DNA of 30,946 nucleotides from a virus (Duplodnaviria > Caudoviricetes): IMG/VR virus record IMGVR_UViG_3300043429_000320, positions 1-30,946 of that record. One strand, given 5' to 3'. The notes under the pieces are model-generated. The model made no database searches and was not told the origin of the DNA. It saw nothing but the letters and a program-made list of their open reading frames with translations. This document shows positions 23,217 through 30,946 of this stretch, piece after piece. Positions within the stretch are counted from its first letter, which is position 1, and each line of letters begins with the position of its first letter. The translations under genes and the position numbers were made by a program.

Positions 23217-24611
23217 CTAAACTGCACCCCAGCCACCACCACGACCGACGAGCTCGTCGTAGGCATCGGTGAGCGCGTCGACGATGTCGTCATTCTTGCC
23301 GAGTGGAAACACTCGGAGTTCATCCAACAGTGTACGGTTCCAGTCGGCAGTGACCATGTACACGTTTCCACCAGCGACCTGTGAGGCGAATGGTTCAGCG
23401 CGAACATCCTTCGCTCCAGTGACAGGCAGGATGTTCACCGCGCTTCCGTGCAGGAGTCGAAGCATGTGCATCGCTTGACTCTTACCAGCCTGCCCCGGGT
23501 CCTGTGGAAGGCGCACACGCACACCACGTCCATCAAGTGCAGCTGTCTGTTTGATGAGTTTGTCTCGCTGATCTGTTTCATACTGTCCTCGAACGACGTC
23601 GAGAATCCAGATGCGACCATCAGCATCACGACCCATTTTCACACCGACTGTGAAGTCTCCGCTCCCAGCTGTCGCTGCGAGGTCCCAGGCGCGTGACATC
23701 TTCGCACAGTTTGGTGTGGCGGCATCGATGGTAATGCGTTCGGTCCGGAAGAAACTTCCCTCGCGTGGAGTCGGTCGTTGCTGATACAAAGCGGACCAGC
23801 CATAGTCTCCGGAGTTCGCGACCATGACCTCCTTGATACGTCCGAGTTCCTTCGTGTCGTATCGCTCTGGCCACAGAGCTTCGCCAGGCATTCGCCCGAT
23901 CTGGTCAGACTCCTCCGCAATGGCCGGAAGGTTTAGCACTGTCCATCGATGCGGTTCACTCGAGATTGCACGGCTTGTGATGTCGTCGTGGTGCCACCTG
24001 GTCGAGACGATAATGAGAGCGCCCTTCGGTTCGAGGCGCGTGTAGAGGTCGTCCGTGTACCAGTCCCACGCTTTGTCGCGGAACAATGCGGATTCTGCAT
24101 CCTCGCGACTTCGAATCGGGTCATCGATGATAATGCGCCTGAAGCCCACACCAGTTGGAGGAGAGCCCACACCACGCGCCATGAAGGTTCCTCCCTCCGG
24201 CATACTCCATTCGTCCTGAGCTGTGTTGTCCTTCGAGAGTTTAGTCCTGGACGAAACAATCTGTCTGGACTTCCTGCTGAAGCGTCTCGCGATGCGCTCA
24301 TTGTAAGCAGTAACCAGCACGTTCGCGAACGGGTCTCGCTCGATGCAATAGGCGCCATAGCGCACCGTGACTGTTTCAGTCTTCCCGTGGCGCGGTGGCA
24401 TGTGAATCGCGAGTCTGTCAATCTCTCCGCGCTCGACTGCGTCCAGATGCGAAGCGATGGCGATGAGATGCCTAGCTGTGTACGACCAACCATTCGGAAG
24501 CGTGTCGCGAAGGTAGTCGAGATAGCAGACAGCTGTCTGTGCGCTAGTTACTGTCCGGAGGTTCGGCAGCTGCGGTGAGAAGTTGAATCGAGAAGTTCGC
24601 AATGCGCTCAT
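23217..24611 (-). CDS. Terminase large subunit (start uncertain: 24611, 24644 or 24659)
   Basis: Walker A MPPRHGKT, Walker B IIIDDP, STRWHHDD, RNase H-like AWDLA ... NDDIVDA. Confidence 0.95.
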   Translation of the reverse strand: MSALRTSRFNFSPQLPNLRTVTSAQTAVCYLDYLRDTLPNGWSYTARHLIAIASHLDAVERGEIDRLAIHMPPRHGKTETVTVRYGAYCIERDPFANVLVTAYNERIARRFSRKSRQIVSSRTKLSKDNTAQDEWSMPEGGTFMARGVGSPPTGVGFRRIIIDDPIRSREDAESALFRDKAWDWYTDDLYTRLEPKGALIIVSTRWHHDDITSRAISSEPHRWTVLNLPAIAEESDQIGRMPGEALWPERYDTKELGRIKEVMVANSGDYGWSALYQQRPTPREGSFFRTERITIDAATPNCAKMSRAWDLAATAGSGDFTVGVKMGRDADGRIWILDVVRGQYETDQRDKLIKQTAALDGRGVRVRLPQDPGQAGKSQAMHMLRLLHGSAVNILPVTGAKDVRAEPFASQVAGGNVYMVTADWNRTLLDELRVFPLGKNDDIVDALTDAYDELVGRGGGWGAV

Positions 24612-24930
24612 GGAGAGCTGCAATTTGGGCAGCTGATTGGCCATTGATGTAACGCTCACTTTGCGCTGTGCGTGCTATCGCCTGTAGCGCCTTCAGGCTG
24701 TCCTCGAGCACAGATGTCAGAAGGTCATCGAGTGACTTCGTTGGAAGTATCGTCGAGGTGATGTCGTGTCGACTGCCTTCGACAGGTGCCTTCATTCTGT
24801 CCCGAATCGAGATGATGGTCGTGCGTGGCAACCCACACGACCGTGCAATAACCGAAGGACTTTGACCAGCAATCAAAGCCGACTCGACCTGTGCGAGAAT
24901 CTCTGGATCTGTTGTGTTACCCCGTGCCAT
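24544..24930 (-). CDS. Probable terminase small subunit (N-terminal HTH)
   Basis: ATG at 24930 (MARG...); LIAGQSPSVIARSCGLPRTTI HTH; lies directly before TerL. Confidence 0.7.
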   Translation of the reverse strand: MARGNTTDPEILAQVESALIAGQSPSVIARSCGLPRTTIISIRDRMKAPVEGSRHDITSTILPTKSLDDLLTSVLEDSLKALQAIARTAQSERYINGQSAAQIAALHERIANFSIQLLTAAAEPPDSN

Positions 24931-24934
24931 GATT

Positions 24935-25291
24935 CTATTCTGCCTCTTCCTGGCGAACTCTGCGCCGGTAGTGCATCTGTCCGTGGCACAGATAACACAA
25001 CACCTGGACATCCTCCATCTGTTCGCCACCCAATCGGATGTACGTCAGGTGATGGACATCGAGCTTGAATCCATCCTCCTGACGCTTCCCACACTGCTCA
25101 CACGTCCGACCAGAGCGCTCGAGTGCTTTGGTTCGAATATCCTGCCATCGCTGAGAGCGCATGTACTTGCGACGATAGTCGCGCCATGTCTCATCGATGA
25201 CCGCGCTGGAGGCGCCTATGGCCTTCAGGAGAGAGTAAGTGTTCGCCCATGGCTTCGCCATGACCGACGTTATGATTTTGTCTGTGTCCAC
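24935..25291 (-). CDS. HNH endonuclease (terminase-associated)
   Basis: YMRSQRW...CEQCG...LDVHHLTY...LCYLCH. Confidence 0.9.
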   Translation of the reverse strand: MDTDKIITSVMAKPWANTYSLLKAIGASSAVIDETWRDYRRKYMRSQRWQDIRTKALERSGRTCEQCGKRQEDGFKLDVHHLTYIRLGGEQMEDVQVLCYLCHGQMHYRRRVRQEEAE

Positions 25292-25515
25292 TTGATCTCG
25301 TCCTTTACAGGATGAAACTCACCGAACATCCAATCGTCAGCGAGCATCCATTCCGGATACATCGTCAGTCCCTGGATTGTCTTCGACTCACCATCAGCGT
25401 GCATGACGAACGCCTCGAATAGGTCGCTATAGCGCACATACACTGAGTGTTCCCACGATGCGCGTGTTATCGGTTTGCCATACATCAATGGCTCGATTAC
25501 ATCTGCAAACTTCAT
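25270..25515 (-). CDS. DUF2829/Tad2-like protein
   Basis: MKFADVIEPLMYGKPITRASW ... EWMLADDW; ATG at 25515 after GGGAGG with ATGA overlap. Confidence 0.65.
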   Translation of the reverse strand: MKFADVIEPLMYGKPITRASWEHSVYVRYSDLFEAFVMHADGESKTIQGLTMYPEWMLADDWMFGEFHPVKDEIKWTQTKS

Positions 25516-25763
25516 TCGAATACCTCCCAATCGTCTCGCAAAAACAAAGATGCATCTACAAAGTTGCCGTACTCATAAGTTGACGGGTTGGTAATTACTC
25601 GTTCACCTGTTGTGCTTAACCAGACCATCTCCGGATCCCCACGAACAAACTCACAAACCTGAATGTAAAACTCTTCTTCAGAATCTACATCCATTTTCCT
25701 AATGTCAGGAATCGTCAATTTCTTGCCATCCAATAGAGCCTGCAATGCTTCATGACCGGTCAT
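25512..25763 (-). CDS. DUF2829/Tad2-like protein
   Basis: MTGHEALQALLDGKKL ... LFLRDDWEVFE; ends closely match those of 3137..3385. Confidence 0.6.
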   Translation of the reverse strand: MTGHEALQALLDGKKLTIPDIRKMDVDSEEEFYIQVCEFVRGDPEMVWLSTTGERVITNPSTYEYGNFVDASLFLRDDWEVFE

Positions 25764-26323
25764 TCGACCACCGTCCAATCTCGCGCCAGGACATCGGTCC
25801 CTGTCAATGTTGCGAATCCCTTCGAGATCCATTGGTTGCTCCCAGTGAGCTCATAGCGCATCAGCGCACCTTCGACGAGTTTGAGTTTCCACCGTGCTCC
25901 ATCACGCTGCACAGCTGCACCAGCGCGAATGGAATCCATGATGGTGTCGAATGTCTTTCGTGTATAGCCGACGTTCACACCTTTTCCGCAGATCAGGAAA
26001 TAATCGACGCGAAGCGATGGCTCAGTCGATAACCACTTGTTGAAGCGTCGTGAGTCAATGCCATGTGATTCGACAGCCTCGCGACGGTCGATTCCCTGGA
26101 CAACCATGTCTGCGACTTTGGCAACGATGTCTCTCTTCTGGTCGAGCGTGTGCATGACGTCTCGTGGTGTCGATTCGCCACCATGACCAGCTTCGTTGAG
26201 CCATTTCGAGATGATGGCCCGTGGCATTCCGATTTGAGCTGCTGATTTGCTGATGCTGTGTCCTTCAGCCATCAGTGCGATAACCTTCGCCAGCATCTCA
26301 GCCTTCTGTTCCTTTTTGTACAT
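25760..26323 (-). CDS. Two HTH repeats fused to a C-terminal DUF2829/Tad2-like domain
   Basis: ATG at 26323 after AAGGGG. HTH1 EGHSISKSAAQIGMPRAIISKW; HTH2 QGIDRREAVESHGIDSRRFNKW; then TFDTIMDSIRAGAAVQR ... TDVLARDWTVVE. Confidence 0.65.
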   Translation of the reverse strand: MYKKEQKAEMLAKVIALMAEGHSISKSAAQIGMPRAIISKWLNEAGHGGESTPRDVMHTLDQKRDIVAKVADMVVQGIDRREAVESHGIDSRRFNKWLSTEPSLRVDYFLICGKGVNVGYTRKTFDTIMDSIRAGAAVQRDGARWKLKLVEGALMRYELTGSNQWISKGFATLTGTDVLARDWTVVE

Positions 26324-26339
26324 GTTTACCCCTTCAAGT

Positions 26340-26378
26340 AAAACACCAGGCACTTCATAGCGGGCGAAGTGCCTGGTG
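26340..26378 (-). terminator. Intrinsic terminator after the SSB-like gene
   Basis: Perfect 13-bp stem CACCAGGCACTTC/GAAGTGCCTGGTG followed by TTTT on the minus strand. Confidence 0.75.
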
Positions 26379-26404
26379 CGACAGCGAGTGTGAAAGCGCA
26401 GAAG

Positions 26405-26905
26405 TTACTCGCTGGCGTCTTCACCGAATGGATCTTCGATGTCGTCGGTCTTGATGGTTGGCTGTGCGATCTTCGTGAGTTTCTTCTTTGCACTCACTGG
26501 AGCGACCGACACGATGGCATTCGTCATGTTGCCGCGTGTGTTTAGTTTGGCGTCGACCGTGACCATCCACTGCTTTGCGAGCATGTCGTCAACGTCGAGC
26601 TGGTGAAACTCAGCCTGTGTCAGGCGGCGCCCGAGCATACCGTCAAGAAGCACTGTGAGTGACTGGCGGTCGTTGCCGTATCCCTGACGAGTGTACTTGA
26701 AGAAGCGGTAGGCGTTGCCGTTGCTGTCGCCATACTCTGTCGTTTCGAACGTGAACTTGAAGTTCGGAAGCATGACGTTCGGGTCATCGTACGAAGGACG
26801 GTCGACCGACTCGAGGTTCGCCAAACGACAGACGTATGCACCTGCTGGTGCTGCTTCAAACTGTGAGCTGCCATCGCTGAACGATGCAGATGAAAAGAAA
26901 CCCAT
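26405..26905 (-). CDS. Putative phage single-stranded DNA-binding protein (DUF669-like OB fold)
   Basis: FEAAPAGAYVCRL ... FKFTF; acidic tail DDIEDPFGEDASE; AAGGAG RBS; follows the helicase. Confidence 0.65.
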   Translation of the reverse strand: MGFFSSASFSDGSSQFEAAPAGAYVCRLANLESVDRPSYDDPNVMLPNFKFTFETTEYGDSNGNAYRFFKYTRQGYGNDRQSLTVLLDGMLGRRLTQAEFHQLDVDDMLAKQWMVTVDAKLNTRGNMTNAIVSVAPVSAKKKLTKIAQPTIKTDDIEDPFGEDASE

Positions 26906-27002
26906 ATCTCGATACTCCTTTGGTCATAAGACCACTCTGTTGATGACAGTGCTGGATCAATCACCAATCCAGTAAGTTATTCTCCCAGCACCGTCACGGT
27001 TG

Positions 27003-27031
27003 ACATTACCAAACATCGAACCACTTGTCAA
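27003..27031 (-). promoter_or_regulatory. sigma70-type promoter for the SSB-like gene
   Basis: TTGACA (27031-27026), 17-nt spacer ending TG-g, TAATGT (27008-27003); a second, inverted TTGACA at 27000-27005. Confidence 0.75.
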
Positions 27032-27045
27032 ACAAACTGTCGATG

Positions 27046-27224
27046 CTGTTCCGTGTGCCAGCGTTAGCGCCCGGCACGCAGGAACAGTTTCGACTTATAC
27101 CCCTAAGCGAGCAACATCCAACATGCTCGCAGGGGGGTTTCCAAAGGGGGGATTTTCCTGACCTGTTCCCGTTTTCTTATCCTTAAGGGCGGAACAGGTC
27201 GGGAACAGGTCGCGGGAACAGGTC
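27046..27224. other. Putative replication origin (iterons, hairpins, G-tracts)
   Basis: GGAACAGGTC at 27191, 27202 and 27215, inverted at 27160-27169; hairpin 27046-27087; G6-TTTCCAAA-G6 at 27132-27151; immediately downstream of the helicase. Confidence 0.65.
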
Positions 27225-27230
27225 AAACGC

Positions 27231-28538
27231 CTAAAGTAGACCAGTCGGACGGTACAGTTTTGCGTTCCTCGGACCCTTGTCAAACGCGACTATTCGACTC
27301 GCTTCAAGGTCCGCAAGTGTCGCAGCCACAACCGATTTTCGACCACCACATAACTCAGCCAGACGTGCCTGAGAGATGCCTGGTGAATCACTGATGAGCT
27401 CGATGAGTTTGGCCCGAACTTCCTGTGTGATGGCTTCGGACCGCGCACCAGCGTCGAGCGTCCTGACCTTCGTGAGCCCTTCCTCGTCGCGGATCTCGAA
27501 TGTCACATCGATCGCATCCTCGTCACTGATGAGACGACCCTTCGTGACGTACATGCGATACAACCCGTTTGCCTGCTTCTCGACCGAATACGCCATGTCA
27601 GCAGCTGCGACAATCTCCGCAGCGCCTCGCATACCTTCATGCTTGACTGTTCCATCGGTGCCACCCTTACGGTTGTGGTGTGCGATGAGCACAGTGATGC
27701 CGACGTCCAGGAGTTTCTTGAACGAATCGTAGAGTCGACGCATCTGACTGTTGTCGTTTTCATCGAGGCCATGAACGCGCACCAGGGAGTCAATCATCAC
27801 CAGCCCGATGTCGTTCGCTTGACAATGTTTCACGATTCGTTCGACATCGAGCACATTGTCGAATCTGATGCCGACACGGTTGAGGTAGCCCATTCCTTCA
27901 GCCGAGCGCATTCCGAGCTTCCTGAGGCGTTGTAGGACCTTCTGGACGCCCATCTCTTCATCGATGTACAGGACTTTGGTCTGCGGAATGTCAAACTCGT
28001 TCAGCCACTTGTCACCGTAGACAGCTGCACGAATGAGATCGCACATCACCCAAGTTTTTCCACTGCCCGGAGGTGACGACAGGTAGTGGAGTCCACCAGT
28101 CGAGAGGATGTTCGGAATCAGCCAGGACTGAGCACCGAGTTTGCCCTCCTCGACTTCCATTCGAGTCCAGTCCCACACCTCCCATGGTGCGATGGTCTCA
28201 CCGCCCGGAAGGTCGTCCGGGACATTACCCTGCGCCCATTGAACCCAGAATCGTCCAGTCGTCTCGAGGATGGTCTCGTGCTCGAGTGCTGGTTCACAGT
28301 AAGTGTCAGACCACCATGTGCTGAATACGTTCGCCTGGTCAATGCTGAAGCGCTTTGCGCGAAGGAATCCGAGCAGTGTGACCAGCGCATTGTTTCGTCC
28401 ACCGAATGGTCCACCTGATGCTGGATGGGGCTGGAACAGTCTGTCCCAGTGATGCTCACCGTGAGCTACGACGCGAGCATGCGTCGACATGTCTCCGGCC
28501 ACCATGAGCCGGAGATCGTCTAGTGAAAGTTCTTCCAT
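27231..28538 (-). CDS. RepA-like (AAA_25) helicase with N-terminal PriCT-1-like domain and C-terminal winged helix
   Basis: GGRNNALVTLLGFL ... PAL (PriCT-1); WLIPNIL, SPPGSGKT, VLYIDEE, LVMIDSL, IAHHNRK, MRGA; PGISQARLAE. Confidence 0.9.
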   Translation of the reverse strand: MEELSLDDLRLMVAGDMSTHARVVAHGEHHWDRLFQPHPASGGPFGGRNNALVTLLGFLRAKRFSIDQANVFSTWWSDTYCEPALEHETILETTGRFWVQWAQGNVPDDLPGGETIAPWEVWDWTRMEVEEGKLGAQSWLIPNILSTGGLHYLSSPPGSGKTWVMCDLIRAAVYGDKWLNEFDIPQTKVLYIDEEMGVQKVLQRLRKLGMRSAEGMGYLNRVGIRFDNVLDVERIVKHCQANDIGLVMIDSLVRVHGLDENDNSQMRRLYDSFKKLLDVGITVLIAHHNRKGGTDGTVKHEGMRGAAEIVAAADMAYSVEKQANGLYRMYVTKGRLISDEDAIDVTFEIRDEEGLTKVRTLDAGARSEAITQEVRAKLIELISDSPGISQARLAELCGGRKSVVAATLADLEASRIVAFDKGPRNAKLYRPTGLL

Positions 28539-28546
28539 CTAATCCT

Positions 28547-29383
28547 CTATTCCGAAAAGTCCTGCGTGTCCAGCGCAGTCATCAACAATACACTGACATC
28601 TCGAGCATGGTCAACCATCCCCATGACTCGCATCTGTTCGACACCGATGACAGCGTGGTTGAAGCAATAGAGCAGGTAGTCGCCGTGCTTGTATCGACCC
28701 AAACTCCAGTTGCCCCGCTCGCGCTTCGGGAGGTCTCCGGCTTTGGCAGCGATAAGCAGACGCGACCACTCATCACCCCATGGATGAGCGGTTTGTGTCT
28801 CCTTGACGATTCTGGAGGCTTCTGAGGGGAACTTCGCGAGTTCGACCAATCGTGGCGCCTCGCGATTCTTCCAGTTTAGAGTTCCAGGGACTCGTAATAT
28901 TCGCGACGGGTTTTTACACTTGATGTCTGCGGCACTCGAGAGCGACAGCATCCATCGCTCGAGCAGCTGCACGAACTCGCGTTGTTCTGTTGGCTTAGTC
29001 CCAATACCAGCCACTTTGAGTCTTCGGTAGCAGTGGAGTCCCTTGCCTGATCTGACAGCGACTGTGACTTTATCAAGCGTTGCAGTCTGGTCCAAACCAG
29101 TAAGGTCATCGATGTCACACCAAAGTACACCAGCAGTATGGACGTCATTGTCCCTTCCTCCTTTGCGCCAGCGTGGAAGCACACCGACGTACACGTCATT
29201 TCCTTCGTCGCTCCATTGGACGCACGCCTCGCCGATTCCAGTCCAGTCGTCGACTGTCCGTGGAAGCTTATAAAAGCGCATCTGATTTCGTCCTTGATTC
29301 AGACATCGAATCTCGACGAAGCCATCAGGATATGGTTCGAACAGCCATGACAGAAATGTCACGGCCTGTGAAACTCTATTCAT
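28547..29383 (-). CDS. RepB-type (AEP superfamily) DNA primase
   Basis: DVYVGV.PR, LWCDIDD (DxD), VRSGKGLHCY, D...NPSRILRVPGTLNWK. Confidence 0.88.
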   Translation of the reverse strand: MNRVSQAVTFLSWLFEPYPDGFVEIRCLNQGRNQMRFYKLPRTVDDWTGIGEACVQWSDEGNDVYVGVLPRWRKGGRDNDVHTAGVLWCDIDDLTGLDQTATLDKVTVAVRSGKGLHCYRRLKVAGIGTKPTEQREFVQLLERWMLSLSSAADIKCKNPSRILRVPGTLNWKNREAPRLVELAKFPSEASRIVKETQTAHPWGDEWSRLLIAAKAGDLPKRERGNWSLGRYKHGDYLLYCFNHAVIGVEQMRVMGMVDHARDVSVLLMTALDTQDFSE

Positions 29384-29405
29384 TTTTACCCCTTACAATG
29401 CCTGC

Positions 29406-29657
29406 ATGTCCAAGCAGGTCCCAACACATTACCGTAACCAACCGATTCAGCCCATCGAGATAATCGACGCGTATGGCCTCGACTTCAAGCGTGGCAATGC
29501 TCTCAAATACCTTCTCCGCGCAGGTTCTAAACATGGCGAGGAAAAGACCGACGACCTACAAAAAGCCATCTGGTATCTCGTCTGTGAACTTCACGGCATC
29601 GAGCTCGCAGACGAAATCAATCAGCATCTGTCAGCTCATCCCGCTTTGGATGCCTAG
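29406..29657 (+). CDS. DUF3310-family protein (T7 gp1.7 nucleotide-kinase-related), opposite to the operon
   Basis: PTHY....IQPIEII...LDFKRGNALKYLLRAGSK......DLQKAIWYL is the full family signature. Confidence 0.88.
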   Translation: MSKQVPTHYRNQPIQPIEIIDAYGLDFKRGNALKYLLRAGSKHGEEKTDDLQKAIWYLVCELHGIELADEINQHLSAHPALDA

Positions 29658-29993
29658 ATACTGGCATGTGGCTTCGACTGCTTCCTCCCACGAGTAAGCA
29701 ACGAACCAGAGGTAAGCATCACCGACAGACTCACGGAAGGCGATTTGTCCTGGCGTGAGTTTGTTTTTGCCTGCCTTCATCTCGATCCACATTCCACAGT
29801 GCTGTCCCATCTGGACTGGAATGAAGATGTCCCACACGCCAGCCTTGAGTCCTTCGGACTTCAGTCGACCGGCAGTCGCCTTGCTTCGGTATCCACCGTT
29901 TGGAATGGCGTGGATAGTGTCGAGGCGTGGATGTCGTCCGCCCATCACTCGGCACCAGTTGAAATAAGCAATCTGATGTTCTGATTCGTTCAA
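29631..29993 (-). CDS. VRR-NUC domain nuclease
   Basis: ESEHQ ... HAIPNGG.R....GRLKSEGLKAGVWD ... WIEMK...NKLTPGQ; TTG start with TTGA overlap. Confidence 0.9.
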   Translation of the reverse strand: MNESEHQIAYFNWCRVMGGRHPRLDTIHAIPNGGYRSKATAGRLKSEGLKAGVWDIFIPVQMGQHCGMWIEMKAGKNKLTPGQIAFRESVGDAYLWFVAYSWEEAVEATCQYLGIQSGMS

Positions 29994-30898
29994 AGTTCTA
30001 TTCCTTCCAAAGTCTCAAAGAGCACTTGCGCTTCCGGAAGTCCGCGAAGTTTTTCGAGCGCCCTCGACTGTATCTGCCTGATGCGCTCGCGTGAATATCC
30101 GACCAGGAGACCGACGTCTTCGAGCGAGCGTCCATCGATGAGACCATCGAATCCGAAGCGCAGCCGGATGCACGCCATCTCGCGGTCCGTCAGATGTTCC
30201 ATCAGTTTGTACAGCTGCGCGTAGAGTGCTTCGCGGTCGAGAGCATCACCAGGCTGAGGAGTATCGGTGGCGACGTACTCACTGAAACTCTGACCGTATG
30301 CGTTCGGTTCATCGAGTGACTTGATATCGACACGCTCCATCGAGGTGATGTCAGACAGATACTGGACGTCGAGAGTTTTGAGCTGATGGCGGAGATACTT
30401 CGGAAACTCATCGATGCGCGACTGTATCCACTCGAGCAGTTCCGGCATCGATGGCGATTCACCGTGTTTCAGGACGTATGCCTGGCGCGAGATGCGGATG
30501 TGAGTAATCTTCGCGATGACGTGCGATGGTAGTCGAATCTCGCGACCACGATTCTCGACTCCTCGACCGATGGCCTGTCGAATCCAGTTCGTGGCATAGG
30601 TCGAGAAGCGATAGCCCTTGTTCGGGTCATACCGCTGAATCGCGTGGTGAAGTCCGAGCATTCCGTCGGTCATCATGTCCTCGTGAGTGCATCCACGGCC
30701 CTTGAAGCGTTTCGCGATGATGGAGATCAGGCGCTGGTTGTACGTCATCAGTTCTTCGGTCGCACGCTTGATGTCTCGCTCGGTCCCTGCCTGCACCATG
30801 CGACCTAAGAAAAACTCCTCCTGTGGAAGGAGGAGTTCTTGACCACTGGCGAGTCTACTGGAGCGGTATTGGCTCCATGTGTCGATGCGCTTAGTCAC
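29990..30898 (-). CDS. Phage-encoded RNA polymerase sigma70-family factor (RpoD/RpoS-like regions 1.2-4)
   Basis: LLLPQEEFFL (1.2); NQRLISIIAKRF, DMMTDGMLGLHHAIQRYDPNKGYRFSTYATNWIRQAI (2); SLDEP (3); LTDREMACIRLRFG...SLEDVG....SRERIRQIQSRALEKLR (4). Confidence 0.95.
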   Translation of the reverse strand: MTKRIDTWSQYRSSRLASGQELLLPQEEFFLGRMVQAGTERDIKRATEELMTYNQRLISIIAKRFKGRGCTHEDMMTDGMLGLHHAIQRYDPNKGYRFSTYATNWIRQAIGRGVENRGREIRLPSHVIAKITHIRISRQAYVLKHGESPSMPELLEWIQSRIDEFPKYLRHQLKTLDVQYLSDITSMERVDIKSLDEPNAYGQSFSEYVATDTPQPGDALDREALYAQLYKLMEHLTDREMACIRLRFGFDGLIDGRSLEDVGLLVGYSRERIRQIQSRALEKLRGLPEAQVLFETLEGIEL

Positions 30899-30946
30899 GA
30901 GCGGCCATCGCCTGATGTGCTTTGTGGTCTGCGCTGTTTGGCGTAT
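30819..30946. repeat. Terminal direct repeat, right copy
   Basis: Matches 1-128 with one mismatch (30945 A versus 127 G). Confidence 0.95.

Noticed and set aside
28536-28549. Primase-helicase fusion by TAG read-through
   Set aside because: The helicase ATG is not in frame with the primase and has its own GAGGA RBS.
1-30946. Stop-codon reassignment, diversity-generating retroelement, integrase/att site, tRNA genes
   Set aside because: Core genes are intact in the standard code with all three stops used; no reverse transcriptase, site-specific recombinase or cloverleaf was seen by eye.

Overview
This window looks like a complete, circularly assembled ~30.8 kb tailed-phage genome with a siphovirus-type layout. 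Bases 1-128 recur at 30819-30946 with a single mismatch. A palindromic divergent promoter region at ~564-606 separates two arms. The rightward early arm carries an ERF recombinase, small accessory genes and thyX. The long leftward arm runs across the circular junction: HTH gene, Zn-finger membrane protein, phage-encoded sigma70-family factor, VRR-NUC nuclease, RepB-type primase, AAA_25 helicase, putative ori, SSB-like gene, HNH-TerS-TerL, portal, minor head protein, protease, HK97-fold capsid, neck genes, a beta-helix appendage protein, tail genes with a -1 frameshifted chaperone, and a CHAP endolysin. I see no integrase, tRNA, CRISPR array or reverse transcriptase, and the host cannot be determined from the sequence. 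The most interesting signals are: (1) five DUF2829/Tad2-like paralogues in two clusters, one fused to two HTH domains, suggesting a signal-sponge array plus a possible signal-sensing regulator; (2) a packed non-coding array of four palindromes resembling palindromic segments inside rhuM- and dinD-family genes, possibly decoy sites; (3) two candidate + strand small RNAs flanking the endolysin that carry anti-RBS motifs matching this phage's own ribosome-binding sites; (4) a 37-aa gene cassette bounded by a 16-bp direct repeat. All family assignments come from motif recognition by eye, not database searches.
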